A DNA stretch of 64,000 nt. Source: Prorocentrum cordatum (taxonomy: Eukaryota). Below the pieces are notes generated by a model. That model was not told the DNA's origin, searched no databases, and saw only the letters and a program-made list of their open reading frames with translations. Position numbers and translations under genes: made by a program. The stretch's first letter is position 1. The number at the start of each line of letters is the position of its first letter. Positions 12,331 through 23,636 of the stretch are shown here, in pieces. The stretch spans positions 372,001-436,000 of the forward strand of contig CAUYUJ010000148.1 in assembly GCA_963575745.1 (NCBI GenBank), in the 5' to 3' direction.

Positions 12331-13854
12331 GGTGGTGCCGAGGGCATGATCAGTCAGCAGCGGATTGAATGGGATCGACCTCGTCAAGCTGCACGGGCAA
12401 CATCGGATCCGTAGAAACGTCGGATCCGACGTCGGATACGGCCAGCCGAGACCGATATCGAACCTGACAGTTGCAGGTGGGCACTGGAGAGGAACCGGGG
12501 AAAGGGTCGGTGTTAAGACTGGGAGGGGGGAGAGGACACATGGGAAAGGGAGGGGGGTGGCATCGTAAAAGTGGGCCACTCCGACGCCGACCTGAGAGGG
12601 GTGCACCCAGAGGTGGGGCAGACCGCGGAGCAGGGGCGAAACGAGGAGGGTCTCCATGAGGCCATGAGGAGAAGGAGGGAAAAACCTCCAGATCTCCCCC
12701 CAAGAGCAGTGAGTGCGGCCGGTGGCGGCTTCAGCTCCTCCTCCTCCTCCGCCTCCTCCTCCTCCTCTGCCTCCCCAGTCGAGGCGCCCTAACCCTCGCC
12801 AGCAGAGCTCAGCACCCAGACCCCGGACGTCGAGATTCTTTCAGTTTCCTCCAGAGCTGTGTTTGTTGGCAGCCCCGAGGCCTGGCAAGGGCCCACTGGA
12901 AGCAGAACAATACCGCGCTAACGGCGATGTTGGTTCACGGCGATGTTGGGAATCTGATTTTTGTGACACCGAGCTCGCGCAGAACAAATCGTGGGAAATC
13001 ACGAATCAGACGTTCCTACATCTCAAACGTGAAAATGTATCGAGCGAAAACGACGCAGCGAACTGCAGGAAAACACGAACCACGATGTCCTACACTTGGC
13101 TTGGCCATGACCGAGTCCCACCTACAATGCCAGCCCTACATCGCCGTTACGTACCTACATTGCCGTTGGCGCGTCTACGGGCAGAGCCAAGCGAACATCT
13201 CCTGAGCCGCGTTGTTTTGCCGATGCCGGGGGGGGGGGGCATGGACAGGCCGAGTGGCCCGAGGCCCTCGACCGCCCGCCCGCCCTCCCTGGGCGAGGCC
13301 GCCCCCTCTGCGGGCAGGATCTCTATCCATACCCCTAGGTCGGGCATGTTCTCCTAAATGCGGATTTGGACAGAACATTTGGAAATAGTCAAGCATATTC
13401 AACCAGAGTCAAACAATAACAGAACCACCGAACCCAAACTGTTCTTTGATTCTGGGGGCATGCCCGACTGAACCATACCCACTGCGTCTTGGAGTTTCTG
13501 GGAAGGGGCGCCGGAAGGCCGAGGCGCAGTGAACATCGACAAACATCGGGGCCCTCTAGGGGCACGAGCTCCATCGCCACCCACGGCGCCTCTCTGGCGT
13601 CTTGGGGGAGGGAGCCCGACACAGAGCCTGCCCGCACCTCTCCCCCCGTGGTCGGGCGACGAGCTCTGCACCTGTCCCCTGCCCCCTGGCGGAGCCCTCC
13701 CTGGGCCCAGGAGCTGTGTGTGTGTGTGCGTGTGTACGACCCCCCTGGCCAGGCCAGGAGGGCGTGGCGTACACTCCGCTGCTGGGTGCAGGCTGGGCCT
13801 GGCCGGGGAGCAGTGGAGACGTGTATACGTAGACTTCGTCCCCCCCGTGAGGAC

Positions 13855-13948
13855 CAGCGGGGTCTTCAGCTCGGACTTCAGCAGCGCGAGCTCGACGCCG
13901 AAGTCCCTCGAGCCGTCCACGGCGCGCTTCAGCAGAGCCAGCTCGCGC
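13855..13948 (-). CDS. Exon of host gene (RELALLKRAVDGSRDFGVELALLKSELKTPL), coiled-coil-like
   Basis: GAG|G acceptor in phase 2 matches the donor at 21843; nearly all codons GC3; donor uncertain (13855 or 13799). Confidence 0.65.
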
Positions 13949-16013
13949 CTCTCACGGCGGGCCGCCCGCGGCCGGCTTCGCCCCCGGTCCGCCCCGCCCG
14001 CGGTCGGCTTCGCCCGGTCGGTTTCGCCCGCGGCCGGCTTCGCGGTCGTCGGTCGCCGGTCGCCCCCCTACGGCGAAGGCACGATATGAGGCCAAAGCAG
14101 CACCGAGACGCTCGGGGAATCTCTGAGAGCTGGCGGGCCTGGGGGATGCATCGGCCACCGATGCCGTTCTACAGCGTTCCAGAAGAGCTCTCCAGAGCGC
14201 TCTGGAGCGACTTGTCTTCATCATGGGCCTGCCGGGCTCCTTTCTGGAAGCCTCCCCACTGGGTAGGAGGGATCGAATGGGTCGGATGATCGTGCTGGAG
14301 CGATCTATCCTCATCCTACGCCTGCATAGTCCCTTCTGGGGGCCTCCCAAAAGAGGGAGGAGCAGACTGGGACGGAGGATCGAGACGCATCGCCGCTGCA
14401 TCCGCGCCGCTGCTGTACCCGCCGCCGCCGTCGTCCACCGCCTCGGACGAGAGCGCCAGGGGGCGTGCCCATGGTATCTTACTACGCTCAGCCGCGAACG
14501 CCGCGATTCGAGGAAGGGTTTCCTCCACCTCGAGGTGGCTCAGGGCGAGGATCAGAGCCTGTTGATGTTTGGGCAAGTTCGGTGCCTCTGGAGGCATCTG
14601 AACGCCAAAACTAAGGTCTCGCGCGAGAAAACATAGCGACCTTACGCCGCGGCTTCGGCGGGCCGCCAGTGTGGCACACCGCGTCGAGGGGAGGGCGCTT
14701 ACGCGCGACCTTGCGCGGGCAACTTACGCGCGAACGTCCGCGCGGTTGGACTGTGTTCTTCCGTCGCTCATCTAGGGACCCCCAGAAACCATCGGGGACC
14801 TACAAAGACTTCCTATTATGCACGCTCCTCCCCCTCTCCCTCCCCCTCCACCTCGTGCACGTCTCACTTACCATTGTCCAAGTCCTGGCCCTCCCCTTCT
14901 ACATCCGCCTGCCCCTTCCATTTTCCCTCTTCCACCCCCTCCCGCTTCTCATCCTCCCCGTGCCGACGGGGTCAGAAGGAGGAGACGAGATAGAGAGTTG
15001 CAGCTATATACCGAGATGCTTGAAAAGGCCCAGGAGAAATTGTTGGCGAGGAGATCGCAAGATGGCCGCTCAGAGTGGGGGCACATGGGGTGATGGCAGC
15101 GCAGCAGCAGGATCGGCTGGCCAAGCTCGTTCGGCACGGAGTTCAAAGGACGGTCGCTCGGACGGTCGCTTGCAGAACGGATGAGGACAGTAGTAGCGGT
15201 TGCGTTGCACCCTGTGGTACGACGAGTGTGGACTCAGTGACCCTCGACCTCGAGAGCAAAACAAACAGAGAAGACAGTCACTACAGTCAAGCCACATGAT
15301 AAGGATGCGCGGTAAGGATGCGTTGGCCTTGGAGGGCCATGCTGGCGTTCTTCGACCGGGGCTGGCCAGCGAAATTCGCCACGGATGGGCCGAAGGAGCC
15401 CTCGACCATTGCTCATCCTTACTGTGCGGTTTGACTGCACGAGCTCACGCCATGGTGAAGGAGTCGGAGTAGACAACACTACCTAGACGTTCAGGGAAGG
15501 GTATAGGGATAGCCAGGCACAAGCAGGTGGGCAGCAGAGCTTCACTGTCACGGCGTTGAGTGCTCCATCCTCGTTGCACGGTTCTCGGGAGGGGTGTACG
15601 CCGCGGCCTGCTGTCTCCTTTGGTCTCCTCTTCACGTGACGTGCTCGGCCGAGCGACGGAGTATCGCTCCGCCGATGCCTCGGCGGCCAGACTACACGCC
15701 TCACCGCTCCTGGCAGGCAGGCCCTCCGGCACAATCGGAGGGTCCTCCAATAATTACGCAGACTGCCGTGCGGTAATCAGGAGGGCCTTGCCCTCCTTTC
15801 TTGTCTTTCGCACGGGCCAACACCATAGCGCGCCCCGACTGGACTGATACAGCCACGAGCGAGGAAAGGGGGAGGGGAGGGAGGGGCACAAGAAGGCAAG
15901 AGAGGAAAAGCGCAGGGAACACCGAGAGGCCAACTCACGGGTCGCAGATCGGGAGAGCCTGGAGCATCTGCGACGGCAGGGCTAAACCATATTCAGCGAA
16001 CACTTACAAGCAT

Positions 16014-17166
16014 TCATGAATTCCACCCTAACAGCTGGATCGTGCTGATATCTGATTCCAATACCTGTCGACCTCGAGGGAAATACTCGTCCAGTATATC
16101 ACCCGCCTGGTTGACAACAAACGCATCTTCGAACAAACCAGTGGCACGCAGCGTGGACAACATATGTGGTCTCATCACAGACACGTCTATCCATCGTCCA
16201 GAATTGAAGCAAGTACGACAAACAAAATCTGCCCCGAATAAGCCGTGATCGCTGGCTTTGTACATGCATGTGCAATGATGCAGGTCGGTGTTCCCGAAGT
16301 CGTCCACACCTCCCCTGGTGCATCCAGAGCTGTCGCAACAGACGATGGAATCCTGGTCTCCAGTGCGCCAGCACGTACCACAGAAACGGATGCCCCCTAC
16401 GAAATTCAACTCCGTCCTCCCATGCGCATCAACATGCCAAAAGCCTGGGTCAACACAATCGCACTTTGCCAAGACCCGGCGACAACCAAGGCACTTCACG
16501 TCCCAACACTGACACTCCATCTCCTAGCATACCAAGCACTAGTCCACTCCACGAAATTTCGAATGCAACTTCGCCCCAAATGTCTCCAGAACCGATTTGA
16601 AATTAGTCGCGAATCCAGAAGTATAGCGCAACGCAGCCTCGCGCCTGTCAGATAACAGCGCGGATACTGCTCCGACCACGTGCGCATCCTCTCCATCACC
16701 GCAGCTCGTGCAAGTGTCCGTGGCCCTGCCTTCGGCAAAGAAAGTTGCGGCATCTGGATTGAATTCGAACGTAGGTGGGGCCGCATCAGCGATTGGCCAT
16801 GGTATTCCGGGATCAAATCCACAATGGCCGGCAACGTTAAGCCCCAAGGAACCGATGCCGCCGCACCCAGCCTCTAAGTTGCCGAGCCTCGCACGGATGT
16901 CCTCCAACGAGTCCAGCACTCGCTGTTGGAAGCAACAACCTTTGTCAGGAGCTTCTCCATGCAAGCACTCGACCGTGCCCGCCCTGGCTGAGGAAGTTGT
17001 CCTGCTAGCTGCATTCTTCGACGTCTTTTCTGAGGACGGCTCAATTTTGTTGGAGAGTGGGGTTCCGCTGAGACCTTTCACGATCACCAACCGTACACTC
17101 GCGATGCCGCGCAATCGCAGGAGAAGCAATGGCGGCAACATCGGGTGGGACACGTGGTTGGAACAT
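16014..17166 (-). pseudogene. SL-capped retrocopy: coiled coil, PAM2-like motif, Cys-rich repeats and PHD-finger-like domain
   Basis: ORFs 16539-17153 and 16014-16520 share a frame, separated by two TAGs (16539-41, 16524-26); FEFNPDAATF at ~16735-16769; C4HC3-like pattern at 16209-16382; no apparent introns; DinoSL stack immediately upstream. Confidence 0.7.
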
Positions 17167-17178
17167 GGTTTGACCGTT

Positions 17179-17238
17179 CTTGAGCCTTCCGTTCATGAGC
17201 CAGCGGCTTGAGCCAATCTTGAGTCAAAATGGCTACGG
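17179..17238 (-). other. Genomic DinoSL plus up to three relict SL 3' ends
   Basis: Minus strand reads CCGTAGCCATTTTGACTCAAG (20/21 to DinoSL), ATTGGCTCAAG, CCGCTGGCTCATG, AACGGAAGGCTCAAG. Confidence 0.92.
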
Positions 17239-19389
17239 GTGAAATGTGTACCCCCCGATCGCCCTTGACTTACCTCACCTCGTCCTCAACCTCCGGACCC
17301 TCCTCAAGCTCCTTGCTACCTCCCTCCTGATCCTCCTCCTCCTCCTCCTCATCCTCCTTTTCCTCCTGCCGCCTTTCTTCATCCACCTCCTCAGCCTCCT
17401 GGGCCTCGTCCCCCTCTCTGAGTCTTCCAGCCTCCTCAGCAGTCTTCCCTGTCCTTACCCAAAGCCTTGCTCGTGCTCGTCTTGTCCGCTTGCCCTTTCC
17501 ATTCCTTTTCCACTTCCACGGCGAGCCCAGACGTTTGGGTGTGGCCAACCTTCTACTCACACGTCGTCCCGACCCTCGTCGTCGCTATCCGCGTCCACCT
17601 CGTCGTCCTCGTCTTCGTAGTTACACGCCCGCCCTCCGCCTCTGTCCCTCATCATGTCCTCCTCCTCCTCCACCACCGCCGCCGCAGCCTCTAGAAGCCT
17701 CCTAGATGGGGTCCGAATAGACGGTGTCGAAAGATCGCGCCCCATCGCCGATGCGTCGCCGACACCGGCGATGCTTCGGTGCCACCAGCGCGGAGAAAAT
17801 CCGGCTCCTCATCGACCCTCCGACGATATGTACTCGAGCCCTATCTGGAAGGCCCAGATCCTCCTCCGCCTGCACCACCGCCGCCGCAGCCTCTCACCAC
17901 CCTCCCCCTCCTTCTGCTTCTCATCCTCCTCCACTTCCTTCGCCGTTTCCTCCTCCTCCTCCTCCCCCTCCTCCTCCTCCTCCTTCTCCTCCTCATCATC
18001 ATCCTCCTCCAACTCATAATCATGCTCTCGTCCTTCTCCTCCTCCTTCTCCTCCTCCTTCATCTTCTTCTCCTCCTACTCCTCCTTCTCCTCTTCTTCGT
18101 GTCCTCCTCCACCTCTACCAACGCCGTCGCCGCCGCAGCCTCCGGCCACACTCCCCCTCCTCCTTTTTCTCCTGCTTCTCGTCTCCCCCCGCCCTCTGCT
18201 ACCAGTCCTCCTCCCTCCCCCATCTCCACTCCACGTCCCTCCCTCCTCCCTTGGGCGTTGTTTACTGGAGCGGATCATAGATAGGGTGGGGCGAAGCAGC
18301 GTGCCCTTATCATGCCACTCTTGGGCCCCAGAGGCCCCCTTTAGGCCCCGCACCCTTCAGGCCCCAACACGAGGTGCAAGAAAAAGGTGCACCTCCCCAG
18401 CCAGCCCACACACCCCATGTCTCGCCCCCCATAGCGCAACACCCGACTCCCGTCCTCCCCCATAACTGTCCTGGGGAAGTGAAGCGAGGAAGGGCCCTCC
18501 ACAGAAAGGGACGCTCCTCGCAACCTCCTCCTCCTCCTCCTGCTTCTCCTCCGCCTTCATCCGTCAATGTTCCTTTCTCCCTCCCTCCGTTCTTCTTGTC
18601 CCCACTTCCTGTTCTCTCCTTCTGGAAAATTCACCCAACACATGTGCAAAGTCGTCCGACTGAAACCGTGACGCTTGGAAGTGACCACAGTTCGGACTGG
18701 ATGGGGCAGGGCAAGCGTGGCCAAGAACGAACAGGAAAGCGGGGAAGCGAGGGGTGGGAGAGACAAGCAGAGCGAGGAAGAAGGAAATCAGAAAGATGGA
18801 CAGTTGAGAGCGCAGCGACGATGCACGTGTCTAGAAGCGGAGGCTCGGCCCATATTGCACAACAACGCGATTTCAACAATATCTTCAAAGGCACATTCTA
18901 CAGCAACTTCAAACGGCAAGTGCGCCGCCTATAACAAGACATGTCACGCTACAGCGCCGGGAATTCAACAGGCCCGATGCAAGAGCACACGCGCTCACAC
19001 CACGGCGACAGAACATGGCATAGTACCCCGCTAAGGCTAGAGTAAGGGCTACATTGAGAAATCGAGATCCAAAGAAATCGGAATCCGAAATCGGCTCGAC
19101 TCGGAATCAGAAACGACCAACAAAAAACCGACTCGAGGAGTCGGAGGGATCGAAATGAGCCCTGTGAACCAGCGAAGCCCCCCAGAGGCCGTAAACGGTC
19201 AAGCACTGTCCGCTGTGCCCCCTCGCAGCGCGAGGAAGCTATAGAACACCTCCTCTCCGCCTCCCCCTCCTCGCCGCCTTGACGGAGAGCGGGCTATGTT
19301 AGCGTTGGTCATCGACTCTCGCTGAGGTAGCCAGTCAGCCGTGCCATGTGGATGGCTTAACCTAGAATCCTTCGCTGGAATCGTCCTCT

Positions 19390-19910
19390 GTTCCTCCTCG
19401 TCCCCCTCCTCCTCCTCCTCCTGCTCCTGCTGATCCTCCTCCTCCCACTCCTCCACCTCCTCCTCCTCATCATCCTCCCACTCCTCCCACTCCTCCTCCT
19501 CCTCCTCCTCCTCCTCCTGCTCCTCCTCCTCCTCCTCCTCCTCCTCCTCCTCCTCCTCCTCCTCCTCCTCCTCCTCCTCCTCCTCCTCCTCCTCCCCCCT
19601 CCTCCGCGTCCTCCTCATCTTTCTTATCTCCTCCTCCTCTCCTCCTCCTCCTCTTTCTCCTCCTCCTCCTCCTCCTCCTCCCTCCTCCTCCGTTTCCTCC
19701 TCATCCCCCTCCCCCTCCCCCTCTCCCCCTCCCTCCCCCTCGCCCTCCCCCTCCTCCTTCCACTTCCCCTCCTCCTCCTCCTCCTCCTCCTCTCTCCTCC
19801 TCCTCCTCCTCCTCCTCCTCCTCCTCTTCCTCCTCCTCCTCTCCTCCTCCTCCTCCTCCTCCCCTCCTCCCTCCTCCCTCCTCCTCCTCCACCTCCTCCT
19901 CCTCCTCCCC
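19390..19910 (+). repeat. (CCT)n microsatellite abutting the second SL
   Basis: Directly visible. Confidence 0.95.
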
Positions 19911-19911
19911 A

Positions 19912-19945
19912 GCGTGGCCATTTTAGCTCAAGCTATTGGGCTGAG
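19912..19945 (+). other. Degenerate genomic DinoSL with possible second relic
   Basis: GCGTGGCCATTTTAGCTCAAG (18/21) then CTATTGGGCTGAG; first ATG 33 nt after the SL, at 19966. Confidence 0.8.
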
Positions 19946-19965
19946 CTGGCCGCGGCGGGCCGTCC

Positions 19966-20662
19966 ATGGGCGGTGCGCCTCGCGTGAGGCGAGTGATGGA
20001 GTCGGCGCTGGCGGATGCGCTGGCGGGCTGCCCTGCGGCGGCGGCCGCGTTCGGGACCACGGCGGCGGCGATTGGCATGGGCTTCTCGGGCAAGGGGCTC
20101 GCGACGCTCGTGGCCGCGGCCGTCCGCGGGGCAGCGCAGGCCTCGGCGGCGTTGGCGGCGGCTGAGTGTGTGTGTGTGTGTGTGTGGGTGTGTGGGTGTG
20201 GGTGTGGGTGTGGGTGGGTGTGGGTGTGGGTGTGGGTGTGGGTGTGGGTGTGGGTGTGGGTGTGGGTGTGGGTGTGGGTGTGTGTGTGTGTGTGTGTGTT
20301 TGTGTGTTTGTTTGTTTGTGTTTGTGTTTGTGTTTGTGTTTGTGTTTGTGTTTGTGTTTGTGTGTTGTGTTTGTTTGTGTTTGTGTTTGTGGTTTGTGTT
20401 TGTGTTGTGGTTGTGTTTTTGTGTTGTGTTTGTGTTTGTGTTTGTGTTTGTGTTGTGTTTGTGGTGTGTGTGTGCTTGTGTGTGTGCTTGTGCTTGTGCT
20501 TGTGCTTGTGCTTGTGCTTGTGCTTGTGCTTGTGCTTGTGCTTGTGCTTGTGCTTGTGCTTGTGCTTGTGCTTGTGCTTGTGCTTGTGCTTGTGCTTGTG
20601 CTTGTGCTTGTGCTTGTGCTTGCTTGTGCTTGTGCTTGTGCTTGTGCTTGTGCTTGTGCTTG

Positions 20663-20744
<82 letters not shown>

Positions 20745-21621
20745 TCCAGCGCGCTGGACGAGAACCAGGCGGTGGTCAACATGGTGAGCGACATGACGGG
20801 AGTCGCGCGCACCGTCAAGGATGCCAAGGAGGTGCTGTGCGGATTGGGAGCCCCAGGCCAAGCCGTGGCGGGCAGGCTGGGGCGGGCCTCCAAGCACCGG
20901 AATGCGGCGGCCCACCCGGCGTACGCGGGTCTCGCCGCGGCTGCGGGCCAGGTGCTCGCCGACGCCGACATGCAGGTCGAGAGGAAGGCGGAGCAGGCCA
21001 ACGTGTCGGAGCAGGCCGTGGCGACGACCCCCCAGGCCAGGGAGAAGCAAGCTGCAGCAGGCCGAGCAGATGGCCAGGACGACTGAGGAGATGTTGAAGC
21101 GAGCCGAGGAGGCGATGCAGCAGGCCGAGCGCAAGGTGCAGCTCGCCGAAGAGAAGGCCATGGAGGAGTCGAAGAATAACAACGAGTTGACGAAGCAGGC
21201 CGAGGAGAGGTCGGAGCCAGTGCACTGCCTCGTCAGCTACTGCTCCACAGTGCGCAACACCCTCCTGCAGGCGAAGTTCAAGGACAACTTTGACGACGGC
21301 GACCAGAAGAAGATCGAGAAGGCGATCAATCACACCCGTGACTGGTTGGGGAAAGGCCCAGTCCGAAAGGAAGGTTGCGCTCGAGGCAAGCAGAAGAAGC
21401 TGGAGGGAATCGTCAACCCCCTCTTGATGAAGCTCGCCTGCAACCTGGAACGGGATATTGCGAATATCACTGAGGAGGGCAAGTGGCGCGACGACGGCGA
21501 GGCCCTTCAGACACTCGCGGCTGCGCAGATCGCCCTGAAGAAGCTGGAGGAGGCCATGCAGGCATCAAGCCATGAGCCTCGCCACGCGTGGGCGTGCAGT
21601 TCGGAGTGGAGTGATGGATAA
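19966..21621 (+). pseudogene. SL-capped chimeric retrocopy: HEPN-like RNxxxH region, coiled coil and Hsp70 C-terminal lid fragment
   Basis: Removing the 578-bp microsatellite insert (TGAGT duplicated) and a 4-bp AAGC duplication (21045-21052) restores one ~357-aa frame; 21223-21435 (LVSYCSTVRNTL..KFKDNFDDGDQKKIEKAINHTRDWL..KQKKLEGIVNPLLMKL) resembles the cytosolic Hsp70 lid. Confidence 0.75.
20168..20745 (+). repeat. Compound microsatellite insertion (GT)/(GTGTGG)/(GTTTGT)/(GTGCTT)/(GTGC)
   Basis: Directly visible; TGAGT at 20163-67 and 20741-45. Confidence 0.95.
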
Positions 21622-21842
21622 GGGCCCCATGAGGGTCGGCGGACTGGTGGAGGGCCCCTCGTGGGTCGGTGGATCGTCTCCAGCGGCAGGAGCTCCCAGG
21701 TGGCGTGAGTGGCTTGCGCGCCACCCTGGGAAGCCAAGGGCTGAGGCTTGGACACTTGTCCCTTCTCATAGCAATCCTCCTCCTCCTTCTCCTTCTCCTC
21801 CTCCTCCTCCTCCTCCTCTTCCTCCCCCAAGTTGTCCGGAGC

Positions 21843-21907
21843 CTGCTGTTCGCCATGTGGGTCAGCTGCTTCCTGATGTTCGTGCACTTCTGCGCCACAG
21901 CGTACGC
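21843..21907 (-). CDS. Exon of host gene (AYAVAQKCTNIRKQLTHMANSR)
   Basis: 65 nt; GAG|G acceptor in phase 0, AG|GC donor in phase 2; GC3-rich. Confidence 0.65.
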
Positions 21908-22085
21908 CTCCGCTTGGAGGCGGCCAGGGGGTCTTAACTGGCTGTAACCAGCCTCGAATTGACAAGCCAAATGGCGATGACAATCGTAGGGGTACGCCCT
22001 CAGAAACTCAGGGAATCCCTACGATCGGCATCGAGATAATGCGATGTCAAGCATAGGGACAGGGTTCTGTTTCAGGCTGGTAAGG

Positions 22086-22540
22086 TCAGGACCCCAGAAC
22101 GTCGATCAGGAGGGGGGCGTCAGGAACCAACTCACAATGAGTCCCCGAACTCTCCCTCCTGGGGTCCACCTGGTGCAATTTTTCACCCAAGATCCGTTTG
22201 TCACGAACCCAGGGATCGAAAACGGGCTCTGGAGGTCGACGTTCCCGAACCATATCCTCGAACCTGACCGCCCTTCCTGCCGGCCAGAACCAAATTCTGG
22301 GCCGCCTCCGACCCCCAGACAGCTCCAGGCCTCCGCGTCGTCCTCCTTCTGCTCCTCCATGAGGCGCGCGCGGACGTTCCCCGCGATGACCTTCCGCAAC
22401 GGGGAGACCAGCCCCTCTCGGTCCATGATCCGGCCCAACTCTCTCCTCCGGGGCCCCCAAAAGCCGTGTCGTGCCGGACCGCGTGGTGACCTCGGAAAAT
22501 TGGAGACCTTGTGGGACCTGCTGTAGAGCAGGAACCCACC
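22086..22540 (-). mobile_element. Possible heavily decayed LINE ORF2 C-terminal remnant
   Basis: Fragments (LRKVIAGNV..; DPWVRDKRILGEK..ELVP) loosely recall the post-RT region of non-LTR elements; frameshifted, no diagnostic motif intact. Confidence 0.25.
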
Positions 22541-22922
22541 GTGAAAGGATCGACCCATTCCCAGACCCCGCATTGCGCCGAAGGCATGTCTATAGCGCGT
22601 TCGCCCGGAATACGTCTACATATGTGACGACACCCAGATGTGTCGATTGACGCTTGTGATCTGAAAGTGAGAGCGGTATTTGTCATATGTCCCGAATGAT
22701 GGTCTTCTAGAAGCAGGTAGGCAGGTAAGATTTGCCTTCAAACCTCGGAATTCCAAACGACCTCATCGCGGTCTTGGGATCTGGCATGCCCCGGTCGCTC
22801 GAGACGTCCTCGGAGAACGTCCTGAGTGCCAAAACCGAGCGGTGACCCCGCATCCCCATCGACTCACCACACGGCGTGGTCATCACACCGTCTGGGGGCC
22901 CCCCGGTCCTTTCTTGGTGGTC

Positions 22923-23048
22923 CTGCTGCTCCCGCAGCACCTCCTCCGCCTGGTGCAGCAGCGAGTCGCTGCACCTCAGCGCGCACCAGGAGGCGGCAGA
23001 GCCGCCGCAGGACATCTCCTCGTGGAGCCGCTGATCCATGTCGCCGAC
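22923..23048 (-). CDS. Exon of host gene (VGDMDQRLHEEMSCGGSAASWCALRCSDSLLHQAEEVLREQQ)
   Basis: 126 nt; GAG|G acceptor, CAG|GA donor, both phase 0; in frame with flanking exons. Confidence 0.7.
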
Positions 23049-23264
23049 CTCAGAAGAACAACGAACTGTATCAACGTGAGCGTTGGGAGGTCTGCGCGGA
23101 CTTCTTGGATCTGCGCTGAGTCCCCCTCCCTGGCGCGCGGAGCGCGCCAAGATGAGAGAACTCTGCTCGGGCCTCTGCCACATTTCTGCACAAACGGGCC
23201 GGGGAAACCAACTTGGACGTCATCTTTCCAATGCCAACCGTGTGCCATTTCTCTTCTCCGAGAC

Positions 23265-23343
23265 CTTCTTCCGCAAGTGCTCTATCTGCATCGGCAGGTC
23301 CTGGCGCTCCTCTTCGCCGCAGGAGTCCTGCTCGCTGCGCGGC
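23265..23343 (-). CDS. Exon of host gene (PRSEQDSCGEEERQDLPMQIEHLRKK)
   Basis: 79 nt; CAG|G acceptor in phase 2, AAG|GT donor in phase 0. Confidence 0.7.
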
Positions 23344-23384
23344 CTGCTCGCGGCCCGCGGACAGGGAAGGCCCAGAATGGAATC

Positions 23385-23600
23385 CATACGGCGGATCGGC
23401 GATCGACATGAATCGAATCGTCGAAATCAGCAGCCAAGTTGGGGGAAGCCGAGTCTGCGCAAATCGGCAGGATACCCAGGCCTCCATTGAAAGACCGCGA
23501 TGCACATCGGAATCCGAAGCCGAGCCGAATCGGAATCGGAAGCCATCCAGATCGAATGGAATCCGACCTGAAGAATCGAAACCAGCCCTGCGCGGGGGGA
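23385..23600 (+). repeat. GAATC/GATCG-rich dispersed repeat
   Basis: Relatives at ~19060-19160, 36675-36900, 55140-55180 and 61200-61380. Confidence 0.7.
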
Positions 23601-23636
23601 TCGCCGAGCGCAACCCCGCTCGCCGCGCACCTCGGC

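Noticed and set aside
14322..14558. Alternative host exon (ALILALSHLEVEE...)
   Set aside because: AG|G ends exist but codon bias is weaker and its phase-0 start conflicts with the phase-2 donor at 21843; unresolved without RNA data
14950..15860. Decayed coding or retroelement-like sequence
   Set aside because: No recognisable motif in any frame
17218..17238. SL RNA gene
   Set aside because: SL is followed by relics and an ORF, not by the GT-initiated SL intron
21223..21435. Functional hsp70 gene
   Set aside because: Only a diverged lid fragment; no ATPase or substrate-binding domain and no EEVD tail
21960..21976. Third SL relic (minus GCCATTTGGCTTG)
   Set aside because: Short match lacking the CTCAAG end; the downstream coding stretch fits better as an internal exon
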